Source: Botryllus schlosseri (lineage: Eukaryota). From it: 64,000 nucleotides of DNA. The stretch is from contig CM119381.1 in NCBI GenBank assembly GCA_051294905.1, forward strand, positions 14,198,001-14,262,000. Direction: 5' to 3'. Shown piece by piece: positions 39,346 to 52,328 of the stretch. The notes under the pieces are model-generated. The model saw only the letters and a list, made by a program, of their open reading frames with translations. It searched no databases and was not told the origin of the DNA. The translations under genes and the position numbers were made by a program. Each line of letters opens with the position of its first letter. Position 1 is the stretch's first letter.

Positions 39346-41990
39346 ATGAAATTGTTAGTTAAGCTATCAAATTATTGTCCGCTGATTACTGTCGACGACG
39401 CTTCTGAGATAAGAGAGGTTTCGGAAATACACAAAGGTGAACTCCATGACCGTGACTTCGAAATTCAGTGTTATGGCAGAAGATTAGGCCAGTATCTAGA
39501 TCTGGAGTATGCGGATGTCGGAGATGATGACGTCTTCAAAGAGGACATTGCAATATGTCAAGTAATTGTAAGTAAGCACACACTGAATTCACATCATTTA
39601 CTTGCTGCTAGCTGAACATTTTTAGTTGTCCAATTCTGGTGCGATAGGCGTTACATTTCTATTGTCGAATTTATCCAGCGTATAATTCACTGGTAGCCGT
39701 GGCCCGTCGGTATACATGTTTTGTAGGACTGAATTCTGCAGTACACTCCTTGTTTTGTAATGCCACACCTGGTCTGCTCATATACCTGCCTTTGATTGCG
39801 TAATATTGATAGTACATTGACTCTTGCTGGTGCGAGAAAACATTGTTGTGTTTAAGAACTACGATTGGTGGTGTGTCGCACGTCCAACAGCTTTCAAAAA
39901 TGCTTCATGAAGACTAAGTTTCGGTGTCACTGTACTGACTGTCCTATCAAGTTAATTCGAATTATTCCACGCCCGCAAAAGTAAAGTATATGCATATTGC
40001 ATATTGTATATCCACACAAGTGCATGCCATCTCACAGTTTGAAAGGCAATGCTGCAAAGCCAATTTTGGTTCCGTCAGTATTCCTTGATCCCATAAGTAC
40101 ACTTCTCTTTACCCAGGTAAATATTGCATTGCCGAGAAAATGAATGATCCATTGGATGTGCTGTCGGAAATCGCCCTCAATTTGACGCCAGGTACTCATG
40201 ACGGAAACGACCGTTCTGGTGAGTTATAGTAAATTTTGAACTGAGCTGTTGGTTTTAACAGAACTTACGATCTCGTCAATTATGCAATCAAGTATTTAAT
40301 TGTGATCCATTATTTGCCATATGTGCTCATTAGTCATGTTCAATTGTACAGCAATCAACATCAGGACTTGCCATGAGTTTTTGTGCCGTTTTTGATCTAT
40401 GCCAGGGGGGTCAACCTGTAGCCTTAGAAGCCGATATGAATAAATAGGTGAGCTCGGAGTATAAAATAAATGGACATAATCGACATTTTAATGCGGATAT
40501 TTGGCTTCCAGTTGGTGCATTAGGACTGTGCGCTGGAATGCGGCCGCGTGCTGTTTTAATATTAGGAAATCAGGCCGTGAATAGCAAAAAGGTTGGTCAA
40601 CCCTGATCTACAGCAATGCCTCCATAGCAAACAACACACTTATGCTCTGTAAGTTGGTTGTATTTTGTATTACAGAATCTGGCGATCTGGACTGGATCTG
40701 CCATTTTCCTCACAAATAAACTTCTTCCTGTCTGATCAGGTACGAATATTTATCGATATTATCAAGCAGTTGTTTGATTTGAAGTATACATAATTCGGGA
40801 CTGTCAGAACGATCCGACAGTCCTAGTCGAACTTTGCATTTTATAGCAACTATGTAATTGTAGTTTAAACACATTTTTTCAACGGTATACATCCCATTGC
40901 TATTAAATCGTTTTTAGTCTGGCAGTTTTTCATAACTAATCATTTGGCTGGAAATTCGACAACAGAGCAGTCATGTTTTTTATAGCTGCAACCGATGAAA
41001 TAAGATCAGATAAGGGCATTTGAATATTTACTCCTCAAACGCCCTGCTGTTGACAAGCCCGTGCACCCTTTTCATCGCAGTCGCAGTGAAGCAGTGGTGT
41101 ACAAATGGCGTTTCGCAAAGCAATTTCTGGGTGTCCACACACTCAATTGGCAACATGAATGATAACCTAATTTTTAGGCCCAGATTCAGATCATCACGCC
41201 GTATATTTAGGCGATTACAAGTATATAAGTGGTGATCTGCAAGCCATGTTAGTGTTATATACTTCAAGTGGACATCTTGAGTAGTACAGCTTTTTCAAAA
41301 AGTAGAACTAAACGCATAATTTTAGCTGTATTTCGAAGGTGGCCACTTTTCAACTCGATAGGTGCATATTCGCAACTTACTCAATATGAGTAATAACATG
41401 ACAGTTGCAGTAAAACAGAGTTACAAATTTAAAAACTTTTGAGGGTGTCCAGCCCGCAGGACTGGACGGTCAAAAAGAGGTCGGCATGGTGACGACAAAA
41501 AGTTGGTGTCAGCGTGAGCTGCTGACTAACACCTGGTTGTCAAGTCCATCTAATGTTCATATGCCCGAGCCAGTGGCGTTAAACGCAGTTAACAAGGCTA
41601 TACTGAAGTAGAAGTAGGAAGACATAATTTTACTCGGTACGAGTTATGTTGTAAACCAGCTACAAGTAGAAGTAGTTTGACAGTCTTTTGATACTACTCA
41701 AGTGAGCATGTATTTTTGAATAGTTATAATACGCTGCCAATATGTATGTTTAACCTGTTTCACAATACCAAACCTTTCTTCAGATGCCCAGATCAGCCTA
41801 CCTTACAATTTGTTCTGCTGTGGAAAAGAAGGAGTGGGCCATCTACTTTGATAAGGAGACAGTCCGAGATATCAACAGCTTCCATGAGGGATTTGCAGTG
41901 ATGCTTTCAGTCTACTGGATATTCGACATACAGTTTTCGACAAACATCAGAAATTCCCTCACTTTCATATCAGTTCTAGAATACTGTTGA
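39346..41990 (+). pseudogene. Decayed spliced accessory (non-transposase) gene inside the CACTA-like element
   Basis: Exon-like pieces at 39346-39565 (MKLLVKLSNYCPLITVDD...ICQ), ~40037-40220 (contains an in-frame TGA), ~40676-40740, ~41177-41220 and 41784-41990 (AYLTICSAVEKKEWAIYFDKE...SFHEGFAVMLSVYWIFDIQFSTNIRNSLTFI). The last piece resembles the C-terminus of transposon-borne 'SAMD3-like' proteins (recognised from memory, not searched). Confidence 0.45.
40403..40605. mobile_element. Small degenerate hAT MITE nested in the CACTA-like element
   Basis: Ends CAGGGGGGTCAACC / GGTTGGTCAACCCTG; imperfect TSD ATCTATGC / ATCTACAG. Confidence 0.55.
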
Positions 41991-43907
41991 AAGAGATGAG
42001 TTCTGCTGTTCGCACCAAACTTGGTAAAATCTGTGACTAATTTAAAAATAAAGTTTTGGAATAATGGCCATGTTGTGATTTATGTCAACGTGAATTATGA
42101 AGATTTAATTCGGATTTTGTGCGCATCTACGTCGTTTGACGAAGACATCCGGATAGGATGAGGTGGTATCTGGATAGGCTGATGAGGTGGTTTACCGATA
42201 GCATAGGGGAGGGAAATTTTCCACCTAAAATAGGTGGGGGTGGAGAAAATACCACCTCCTTTGGGTGATTTTTGAAACACCTCTGTAAGGTGGCCACAGT
42301 TTTTACAGTGTATGACTCGGACTCGGCACGCTACTCCGTGACACAGACTTGACTCGGTGGTGAATTGAAAATAACGCGACTTGACCCGAGTCAAAACTAT
42401 AAAAGTGAAATTGACTTGTGACTTGTAACCTTTGTGACTTGGTTAGATGGTTACATAACCCTGGTCGAGTCGCAGTGATGACCTTTTTTAGTCAACCCAA
42501 CAAGATTTCCAGTAAATATTTGAAGATCAGCTGTTTTCAATTATCTTTTATGATTTGATAGTGTCCTCGATTTCTAAATATGGTATTGGTAACCTTACTC
42601 AATAGCCTGCTTCTAAATGGTTTCCAAAGCACGAAAATTGAATACCCTTTGCCAGATTGCTGCCACGGAGTTGCCATTTCTTGTTGGTGGCCAACATTCG
42701 AAACTTCCACTTTATGACTTTGGTGAAGACTCAACCAGAACTCGCTGCTATATTGCCTAGCTTTCCCGTTAAAACACGGGTCCGAGTGTTGAGAATTTGG
42801 TAAGATTTGGAAAATTATCCTCATTTCACACACTGACTAGACTAGACGGTGCCTTAAGGACCCACTCTACCGACACTCAATGATAATAATTGATGACAGG
42901 CTCAAAAGGTAAATAAACACTGGTCTAATATACATTGCAAATTAGACCCTGGCCGTGGCTACGTTGTCTATATCTGGTGGTAATTGTCCGTATGGTCATA
43001 CTTGTTTTTTTGGAAGTATTTACACGAGTATGGCATAATTTTACAACCTGAAAAACACATTTTTTTTTCAAAAAGGTCTTTTTTTTAAACACTGTTCAAA
43101 ACATGTTTTAAACAAAGTGTTTTAAAACACCGTTTGTTTTAAATGCAACACTAATGGAAACCCTACAATATGGCGACGCCAAAAGTTCATTTGAAACGCC
43201 GTACTTGCAGGATGTTCGTTCTATGAGCTGTATTTGAAGGAGACACGAATATAACCACGGTTGGGCTGTTACTATTAGAAGTTTGATCGGATTCTCCCTC
43301 ATCGCACATTGCACTCACGTACGAGTTGAGTGCTGGGTCATCCATTGTGCGCCTGTGTTTAGTTTTTCCACAATGATTAAAAATTGAATCTACTGAATTC
43401 TCCCTATAAATTTTAATCGCGATGAAGGTTCTGAAAAATAGGACGAGGGCCTACGACAACTTATCGTAATTCGCCCCGCTCTTCGACGGCCTAAAGGACG
43501 ACGATATAACCACTTAACCAGTTTCTAAGAATGAACATAACGGCTAACCAACGAAGAGGAAGAAACAACGTTAAATCTCATCGCTGTATTTCAACCGCAA
43601 ACGCCCACATAAACTAAATCGGCACACGATATTCCACCGACATTCCTCTATCATCAGGAGTTGCTAAAATCGCGAAAATAAACATGAAATTCAAGTAATA
43701 GGCAGTTAGTTGGGCTTAGCGCTGGCCAGCCCGAGTCGGCATTCTGAACATACGCTATGAACAGCGTGCGAACACGCGCCAGCAACGGAACAGACTCCGC
43801 CCTCCCTCAAGCCGGAATCTCCTCCATTATAGCCTATTGCACTGATAGCGGTCCCCGTCTCCAGCACGCGATCCCGTTTCGAAGCAAGCACACCGTGTTA
43901 GCGCGGA

Positions 43908-46900
43908 TCACACCAACTGAGGCTTGAACTTACCGCCACCGCACGCTTCTTGATATGATGGCAGACTGGTGTCGCAACGCACGCCGTGATGGTTCCTACT
44001 CGCTGGACACGGCGGGAAAGAAACTCTGACAGTGTCGTCACGTGACATCACGTGTCTATACACGACCTTAGCCGGCGCAGTGTCGATGTCTACACAAGGC
44101 TGATTGACTTCGGGTTGAGTTGCTTCTACTTCCAACGCTAGAAAGTTATCGTGTCGGTTATCATTGGTGGCCACTGACACGGTTTCGGATTTGTTCCGTT
44201 TCTTGAATATCCCGCGAATGTACCCGTTTCGCTTCTTGGCGGGATACGTCAGGCATACGACTAGGCCTATAATCAAAACCACGATCAAGACCGACAAAAG
44301 ACCAACTGTGATGCTCTGCGTCTTGCTGATGCCATCGCCGTCTTTCGGGTAAATGATGATTTTCGTGTTCTGCGCCGAAGCGTTCGAGTCCTCGCCCTTC
44401 TCGCACTGCGTGCCGGTATATCCGTCCATGCAAAAGCACGAATACTTCCCCGCGCCTTCGCGCTGGCAGATGCCTTCGTTCATGCAGGGATTGTCGCCGC
44501 ACGGGTCTTCCAGCTCGCAGGCGTCTCCGTAGTATCCGTTCTGGCATTTACACGCAGCGATTCCGTCTCGTTTCAAGCACCAGCCGTGCTTGCACTCCTT
44601 GGAGCATACTGGACTCGTTTGACGACAGGACGACCCGGTGAAACCGCTCGGGCATACGCATTCTGCTCCGTTTCCGTTGGATTTGCATGTTCCTCCTGGG
44701 AAGTAATGTTGCATTTAGATATTCGGCAGGTCTCCGCGCGCGAGGTTCTAATGGCCTTGTGGGTCTTACTCAGAGATAGCTAGCCAAAGTAGTCACATTT
44801 GTCAACACAAATAGGCGGACTTATCGAAGTTCCCATGATACAAGGGCTGCGATGACTATTTCACTAGTCAATGTAACGCAAAACCCGTCCCACAACTACT
44901 CTTTACTTTACAAAACCCAAATAGGTGGAATTAGTTGAAAAGCATCCACTTTAAGTAGCGTAAGTAGGAACCTGCTTGAGTAGTCCCAAAATATAGAAGT
45001 GTTTCGTTTATGAGCTTATAAGCCTAGGGCACAAGCAGGGCCTACCACAGGCTTATACGAAAGTATAGGCCCGACATTAAAGGACCATAGGCGGTAAAAG
45101 ACCATGAGACCAGAAACAACAACAAACGAACAGTGCGCTACAATTACAGCACGGTAACGGAAATTCACGTTCTCGCCTTTTAACCGTTCTACGAATAATG
45201 TCAAAATTTCACTATTATTTGTGTACGCAAAAAGAAAGAATAACCTATACAGCCACTATAATTTGACGTAGTAAGCAAGTAGTGGAAAATTGCGGATGAC
45301 TGTGACGTCGCGGGCCATATTATCATGTAAGACCGTCAACTGTCTGCGGGCCCGCGGGCCGTGTGTTGCCCGTCCCTGTTCTAACGCGTGTGTCAAGTGT
45401 GTTAATCATGATGAGGCAGGTCATGTGGTATTCAAGTCGCACGCACATAGTTGCTGTTTGTAAAGCCGTATTGGTTCAACAACATCGATTATGGATATAA
45501 TGCCTTGTAGTCATGTCTACTGCAGACCATATGGACTTACTGTTAAGTCGAAGCGATAATTATATTTATAGGTATCCAGAAACTGCTAAGATCATCGCCA
45601 ATCGGAAATCTCCAATTCTTTGGTCAATCGCACATTATACATTACATATTATCCGACTAAATCATCACGTTTCACGTGAACACCAAAAGTGCAATGAAAT
45701 GCAATAAACCAGATGTTTTCCTGTAACCTGTGTAGGCAAAGCTTTTGCTCACGTTGCTTTGCAGTATGTATCGCTATTGGAATTGCGCTAGGTCATTCAA
45801 AACACCGATTTTCTCACGCAACCGCAGAGCTAAGCCGTCCCCAGCGGGATAACCGAACGAAATCAACCGTCTCCATAATACTCTCTTAGCAAAACGCGGT
45901 ACTAGAGTCGCGCATAGTCGCGTCAAAACGGCTCCTCCACGCTGGGAAGCACCCCGCTGCGATACAGCTTACTATAATCGCCGCTATCTTGAGACCGTCT
46001 GTTGTCTTTCGGATTACTGGCTTATTTCATACAAGCACAATGCGATCGCACCTCTGCAATCAGTTACAAGACTGTGTTTTCGCAGCGTTGATTGCCTTTA
46101 ATCGCAACCGTACTGGAGAATTCCCTTCACGTCGCAAAGACATTTGCATCGCGGTATTGCGACAGCGAATGGTTCATTGTAAATCTCCCCATCAGCGTCA
46201 AGACAAATAAATAAAAGATACGAGACTGTTGATACAAAAAGTTGTTTTGAATTCTCTACTAGTTGCTGACGATTACCCAGACTAGTTCCAGTCGAAAATA
46301 TTCGGGTTTATTTCAATATGATTATATTATTTATAATTGTCTACAAATTATTAACAAACTCAACTTAGTCGAATACCAATTACATTATTTCGTGCCTTAC
46401 ATCCCAGCAACGTATACAGAACATATAGTTTGTTGACGTGGGCCGCAATTTCAATACCGATATGTGACGATGGTGAACGACACAGTTTGTGACGATGGTG
46501 AACAACACATACTCTGGCGTATTTCAGGTTCTGTAGGTCGAAATGATCAATGCTTCAGAAAAACCCGGAAATAAAATTTAACGAGGTCGCGAAAGAAAGT
46601 ATACCATGCTCGATTACATCATCGTTGAATTGTGGAGAAGGCGGACTTCTTGAATTTCATAAAGACCGCACTTTTCATCCGTAGTCTATCGCATAGTGCC
46701 ATGGTATAGCGCACAGCCGCACAGGCGAAATTTGAATGAACTCCGAATACATATACCAGTGCGGGTCACATTAGCCCAGTAATTGAACGCACGCACATTT
46801 AACACCTTAACACGGTTTCAATGTAATTAGCCAAAATATCATTGTCCCGGTACAACAGCTAATGGATTTTACCATAATATGTCACAAAGCGTCTGCTTGA

Positions 46901-49827
46901 CCCATTTGTATCGCTTGCCGCAAGAAAGTAACCAGATACCTATACTATACCAGGCTCGCGAGCGTACACAGCACAGCGCTACAATAGGGCGGGAACGCGA
47001 TATCGTCTGGAAATTACAAACCATGGGAAAATCGACCATTTTTCAAAATAAGGTATCGATTTACCGTTGATTGATTCAAAGAGTAAATAATACACCGGTT
47101 TTGCTTACGGCGTCAATCAATAGCGCATCACCGTGTTAACCACAGCACTTCTATTACCAGCGCGGTATAAATAGAAGTTGAGCATATATGAACTCATTTT
47201 CTGGATAAACATAAGCGTCTTACCATTGAAGCAGACAACTTCCGAACACAGCGACCTTCGACGCTCGCATTGCTGACCCACAAAGCCAGGTCGGCATTCG
47301 CAACGATACCCTGTCAGGCCTTCCGGAACGCACGAGCCACCGTTTTTGCATGGATTGTTCAAGCATTCGTGATCCTCGCACAGCGACCCCGAATAACCCG
47401 GCGAGCATTGGCAAGTGTAGCCGCTAGACGTTGCCTGTAATCATAGTAATCAGGTTTCGGATATTTGGCTTACCCACACCTAAATGTACGCGGCCACGTA
47501 CCTTGCATTGCCCGCCGTTTTGGCAGGGACTTGCGTCGCAAATGTTTGTGGAATATTCGCACCGCTCTCCCGTAAAACCGGGCTGGCATTCGCAAGCGAA
47601 GGTGCCGAGACCGGCGTTGCGACAACGCGCGCCGTTCTTGCACGGTTTGTGATGCACGCAAAAATTCAAATCTATACACGAAACAATATCAGTGTTTTGG
47701 GAAAATTCTCTCAGAAACCGCGCTGCCAGTAATTACTCACCGAGGTTGCAGAACATTCCACCCCAGCCCTGCTTGCAAATGCATTGGAAGGGCGATTGGC
47801 ACGTGCCGTGTCGACAGCGCGGTTCCGGCACGCATTTCTCGCAGAGATTGCCCTGCCATCCATACCGGCACCTGATGAAAAATCGAGATTTAGCTCCTAA
47901 ATTTACACCGCACAAGTGTGCCTGCGAAATGTTTTGACCTATATCGATAACGGGTGACTTACAGGCATAATGACTCCGTCTGAGTGGGTATTAAAATCAA
48001 TAGGTAGTGTTATCAGAACATGAATGTTTATTGTTTATGTACTCAAGGTTCTGGGAAAAGTTTCTTGGCCGTATATAATGTGAACGTAACTTACTGGCAC
48101 TCGTTCGGTTGCTTGCAGAATCCATGGGCCGTGCTGCATCCTGGGCGACATATAGCTGTAACATGGACGGAATCATCATTTTTGAAGCATAAATACGAAG
48201 CCAGAATCGTACATGGTCGTGGGCCCGAACATATGCGTAACCAAACAGATACTCTTTCCATTACTCCGGGTATGAGTTGCATATTAAAGTCGATCGTACG
48301 CTATAAGACGGGTTGTTGATTGTTCGGATTGTTCCATAGATACAGACCGCGGGGTTAAGAATCGGGCGTTATCAAGAGGATCAAAGCTTGTGATGTAAAA
48401 GGCGATAGACCTAACATGAATGCTAATTTGCCGCAACGGGTAGGCGAGTTACATCTTCACATCTCAACCTAGAAGTGTGAATGTAATGAAATCACTAATT
48501 GAATGGCGGTCCGCCGCCGTAATTTAACGATTCAGATGAACACCTCAAGATAGCAAGGAACGAGGAGCTTTGACAATAGTTAGTTGTCGCGTAATAATAA
48601 ACCAATTACTTTTACACACTTCTACCGAAGATGTGAGTGAAGCCGTTCTTGTTTACTCACGTTCTAAGCAGTAGTTCCGCGACGATCTTGATTTCCAGCC
48701 ATCGAGGCATACTTTCTTTCCATCGTTATTACAAGTCCAGTGTCCGAAGCGGTCGTTCCGAGGCTTACAGTAATTGCTGCACCCACTCCCGTAGTAGAAT
48801 TGTTTGCAACGGACTCTATAGGAAAATCTCATTAGTCGGCCTTGCTGGCTCTGTGTTTCCGTTTTCCACGTCCTGCCAGGTCGGAGTGGCGATATATCTT
48901 TGGTCATGCTAGCGATGGACGGCCCTAGAATAACAAAAAGAGTTGCAATTTGGAGGGGCTGTTCACACTTCCATTTGTGTGCCTTGAAGTCGACTTCTAT
49001 CAAAATACACCAATCAAAACTCTTGTCAGGAAAAGGAGTTCGTATACCACATAAAAATAGTACATTGCACGCTCTCTCATTCGAAATTTCATGCCAGTGA
49101 CGTCATATTTTGTTACGATTGTTGATATACAATGTTGCTGTACTAGTTGCTGACGATTACCCCTGACGAGTGTCAGCCGAAAATATTCGGGTTCATTTCA
49201 ATATGAATATACGATGGCATTGTTTCGAATTGGTGTCATACCTGCAATCTTGCCTTCGATCTGATCATAAGCCGTGATAAGCAATGAAAGCGAACCCTGA
49301 AGTGTGAATTGTGATAAAACAATTATTCGTCCAATACAATTGATACAAGGTCTTTGACATACCGGCCACGTGAAATTGAAGTCCGCCGTCAGTATGTTAT
49401 CAGCGTAGTCGCGTAGGTTGAATTCAAAAGCATTTCCGCCAAGAGTTGCTGATCGCCGGGAACCAAAAGTACATCCGGCACGAGATTTGTAGTGTGTGAA
49501 GCAAACGTTGAACGCCGTTCTGCACTGAAGGCTGCACGTACTCCCATGGTTAAATTGCGAATTATCTTGACAGCATCTACCCTGCGCGTCTCTGCCACCA
49601 TTATTTTGGAATTCCTCTATTCGAAGTTGAACAACGCCAGATCCGTATACCTGGAACGAAAAGAAACAGCTAACATATCCTGCACATGGCTCGGTTAAAA
49701 CTTAAACCTTTACCAACATACGATCAATCTACTGACACTACAATCATTCAATAAACAATCTCACCTTTTGAACATTTAATAAGGCTAATAGAAATATAAA
49801 ATTCACAACAAAAACGCAGCTATTCAT
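43908..49827 (-). CDS. Delta: Delta-type Notch ligand (signal peptide, MNNL/C2, DSL, 8 EGF repeats, TM, short cytoplasmic tail), 676 aa
   Basis: Nine phase-consistent exons: 49765-49827 (signal peptide [21 protein letters not shown]), 49363-49650 ([14 protein letters not shown]...FNFTWP), 49242-49296, 48661-48924 (DSL: [30 protein letters not shown]), 48095-48155, 47741-47871, 47502-47671, 47224-47434, 43908-44695; total 2031 nt. There is no cysteine-rich (vWC) domain, so this is Delta rather than Serrate/Jagged. Confidence 0.95.
46227..46322 (+). repeat. Hammerhead-family repeat copy with mutated core (CAGACTA instead of CTGACGA)
   Basis: TACTAGTTGCTGACGATTACCC...CGAAAATATTCGGGTT...TTTCAATATG matches 49141-49205; U4 and G8 core positions are changed. 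Confidence 0.75.
49079..49212 (+). repeat. Best-preserved copy of a ~130-150 bp dispersed repeat family containing a hammerhead motif
   Basis: Shared from ATTCGAAATTTCATG...TGACGTCATATTT...ATTGTTGATATACAATGTT through TTCATTTCAATATGAATATAC with copies at 46227, 55361 and 56896/56968. Confidence 0.85.
49149..49194 (+). ncRNA. Minimal type I hammerhead ribozyme motif, canonical core
   Basis: ACCC (49159-62) CUGACGA (49163-69) G-UGUCAGC-C GAA AA-UA-UU C^GGGU (49189-92): stem I ACCC/GGGU, 1-bp stem II, palindromic AAUAUU helix III, NUH triplet UUC with predicted cleavage after 49188. Activity has not been tested. Confidence 0.75.
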
Positions 49828-52328
49828 TCTTAATCTTTGGCCAGCTCCGTCGGCCGAAACAGTTACAATAATATCATTTTCTGCAAGGAGACATAGATTC
49901 ATCAGCATTGCACTGACGTCGCATCTAGAGAATTCAGCTCCCTCTCTCACAAGAACACCAACCGACTGACCGATGGTCGAGTGAGAAAGCCTTTTTTCTG
50001 CCCTAATTACTACGCTCGCTTTCCATATGTCGCGAATCGTAGCTTTTAGATAGCGCATCTTCGAGACAAAGTACTTTTACCTTTTCGACGTTTACTTAAA
50101 TTGTATGATATCTCCACTTCAACTTCAAGAAGGGTTTATAAATACTTATACTAATAAACTGTGTCCCGCATCAATTTATTTGTGACTCAGGTTTGTATAC
50201 CAGTTCACACGCTGGGAGCTGAAGTCAAGTAGGTCGAAGTCGCAAGTGGCGATTGACTTGCCTACGAAGTCAGGTTCTCTATCCCATGATATATGAACGT
50301 ATAGGATCTATCAAATATAATGCATTTCGCATAGGAGTCCACTTAATAAACAGTAGTTCTCTTGAGAGACCACTTCAAGCAGTGCGTCTGACAATCGCTG
50401 ATAATTGGTAATACCTTGATTGTTAACGGATTAACTGGCTTATGTATTACGAACTTCCAGACAAACGTCGTATCAATGTGAAGTCCATGACCTGCGGATA
50501 TCACCGAGGCATGCCAATAGCTGCGCGAAGTAAGTATAGACATCTGGCTTGCTGTGTTGTCGTCTGCCTCACCCGCCAGCTGCTGGTAACAGCGAGAGCT
50601 CTTTTCTGCGTCGGCTACCCGCGATTTATGTAAACAAATAACTGCGTTCGGTACAGAGAATGCCGAGCCTCGTCTTACTTAAAAAACTTTGTTTTTCCTT
50701 TCTATGAGAATGTTATGTAGCTGGAAACAATGAAGCAGGAATATCCGTCTGAAAGGCGACTCTTTGAACAAACGTAACGCAGTTTGGGCGGCAACAGGCA
50801 TTTAGAGAAACCAATCCTCGCCGATGACTACCAAACAAAATGTGTTGTATTGCCGGCGTTTCTTTTTCATTTCTAAAAATAGGTGGGTGACCGACAAACC
50901 ATAGAAATTTACAAACAACCACGTCTACGGCCTTTCGATCCAACTTCAAATTTCTGCTCAATGTAATAGTGTTTAAAGACACCGTAACAACAGCGAAGGA
51001 ACACTTCAAAACCGTGAATCGAATATCAGTCTGTGGGGCTGACGACCGCTTATATCCAACTTACCAAGACACTGCGAGTAAATCACCAGATTGTATCTGC
51101 CTTGCAATGTGCATTTGCTGCGACAAGGCTGCCGTACGCTAGTCCCAAGCAGTTGACAGCAGATACAATAGAATTTACAGGAATTTAAAGCCAACAGTGC
51201 TAATTGCGGATCAATTCTTGCAAGCCAGAGCTCTTCTTCCTGACCGCTGTCTTGTACGAACCCACTCGGAAGAACGCTGCATACCTTACCCGTCAGACCT
51301 ATCACAGCACCTTTCCTTGATAAGTTCGGATGCCCCGATCCTTCACGGTAACCACCATCAATGCTGACGGCCGGGTTTCGACTTCCTGAAAAATGCTCGT
51401 TTCAGAGTTTCCAGCCTCCTTCCAGCACTACGCCACGTCTTTACAAATAATAAGCCCAGACAGAAACTAGGATAAGCAAATATAATAACGTATTAAGGAC
51501 CACACGATCGAACACTAGGCGAGGTCTTGGTCGTTTCAGCATCCTCCTATCTCTTCATTACACAGCCGAATAGAACTTAAAACCGCCGATTGCTATACCG
51601 TAACTGCATCGATACAAAGATATACGAGAATCTCAAGGCATTCGGCGACGAGCCTCAAGAACCTTATCAAACCAAACGCGTGCAGCACGAATTTGCTCAT
51701 CCGCAAGCCTGCGAAATTGAAGGCGACTTTATTTTGAAAACATCCTCCAGTATAAAACGACAAAGACAATCGCGCTAATCCAGCGGCCGCCAACGGATAC
51801 AACACGCTACCATCACGAAGGGCTGGGCATACCGATTCAAATACGAAATTATCCGTACCTCGGCATTGTGATGTTTTTATCAACAGGAATCAGTTTAGCA
51901 TTCCGAGCTCGTAGCACATGGCTGGACTGGACAATACGTTCACGACGATTATCGATAAAGGCAAAATGTTCAGAAATTACAAATCAATCTTGATTGGCAT
52001 TCTACACTCAGAAAATTTGTCTGTTACGGCATCATGTGCTATACTCGATTTTTGCCCAACCCTTCTCCTAAGAGTTCTAAAAGTTCCTGCTTCTTCGTCG
52101 AACCGCCTGGATTCAACACGAGCAAGCAAGACGACATCAAACAAGTGGCTAAAACGATCTTCCTCGTGCTCCGACTACAGTCGCATTAGCACATGATCAG
52201 GATCCTATTGGTATGTACAAAAACGGATCATTCGGGATACAAAATAAAATCACGCTAAGAATGTCTCGAAGCACTGGCAGTCCCAATCATCGTCAAAAAT
52301 CTCATCCCGCTACGCCGTGGCCCCGGCT

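Larger units (their letters stand above)
38355..42310 (+). mobile_element. CACTA/EnSpm(CMC)-like DNA transposon (~3.96 kb), non-autonomous, with decayed multi-exon accessory gene
   Basis: TIR CACTGTAAAAA / TTTTTACAGTG, 2-bp TA TSD, GGTGG/CCACC subterminal repeats at both ends; inserted into a GACTCGAGTC-family MITE whose two halves flank it (38310-38354, 42311-42463). Confidence 0.8.

Noticed and set aside
46463-46509. 25-bp-period duplication TGTGACGATGGTGAAC(G/A)ACACA
   Set aside because: A simple two-copy local duplication with no further structure.
50130-50590. Delta promoter motifs (TATAAA on minus at 50135-50140, GCAGCTGG E-box near 50580)
   Set aside because: Single short motifs are expected by chance; no clustering or paired Su(H) sites were seen.
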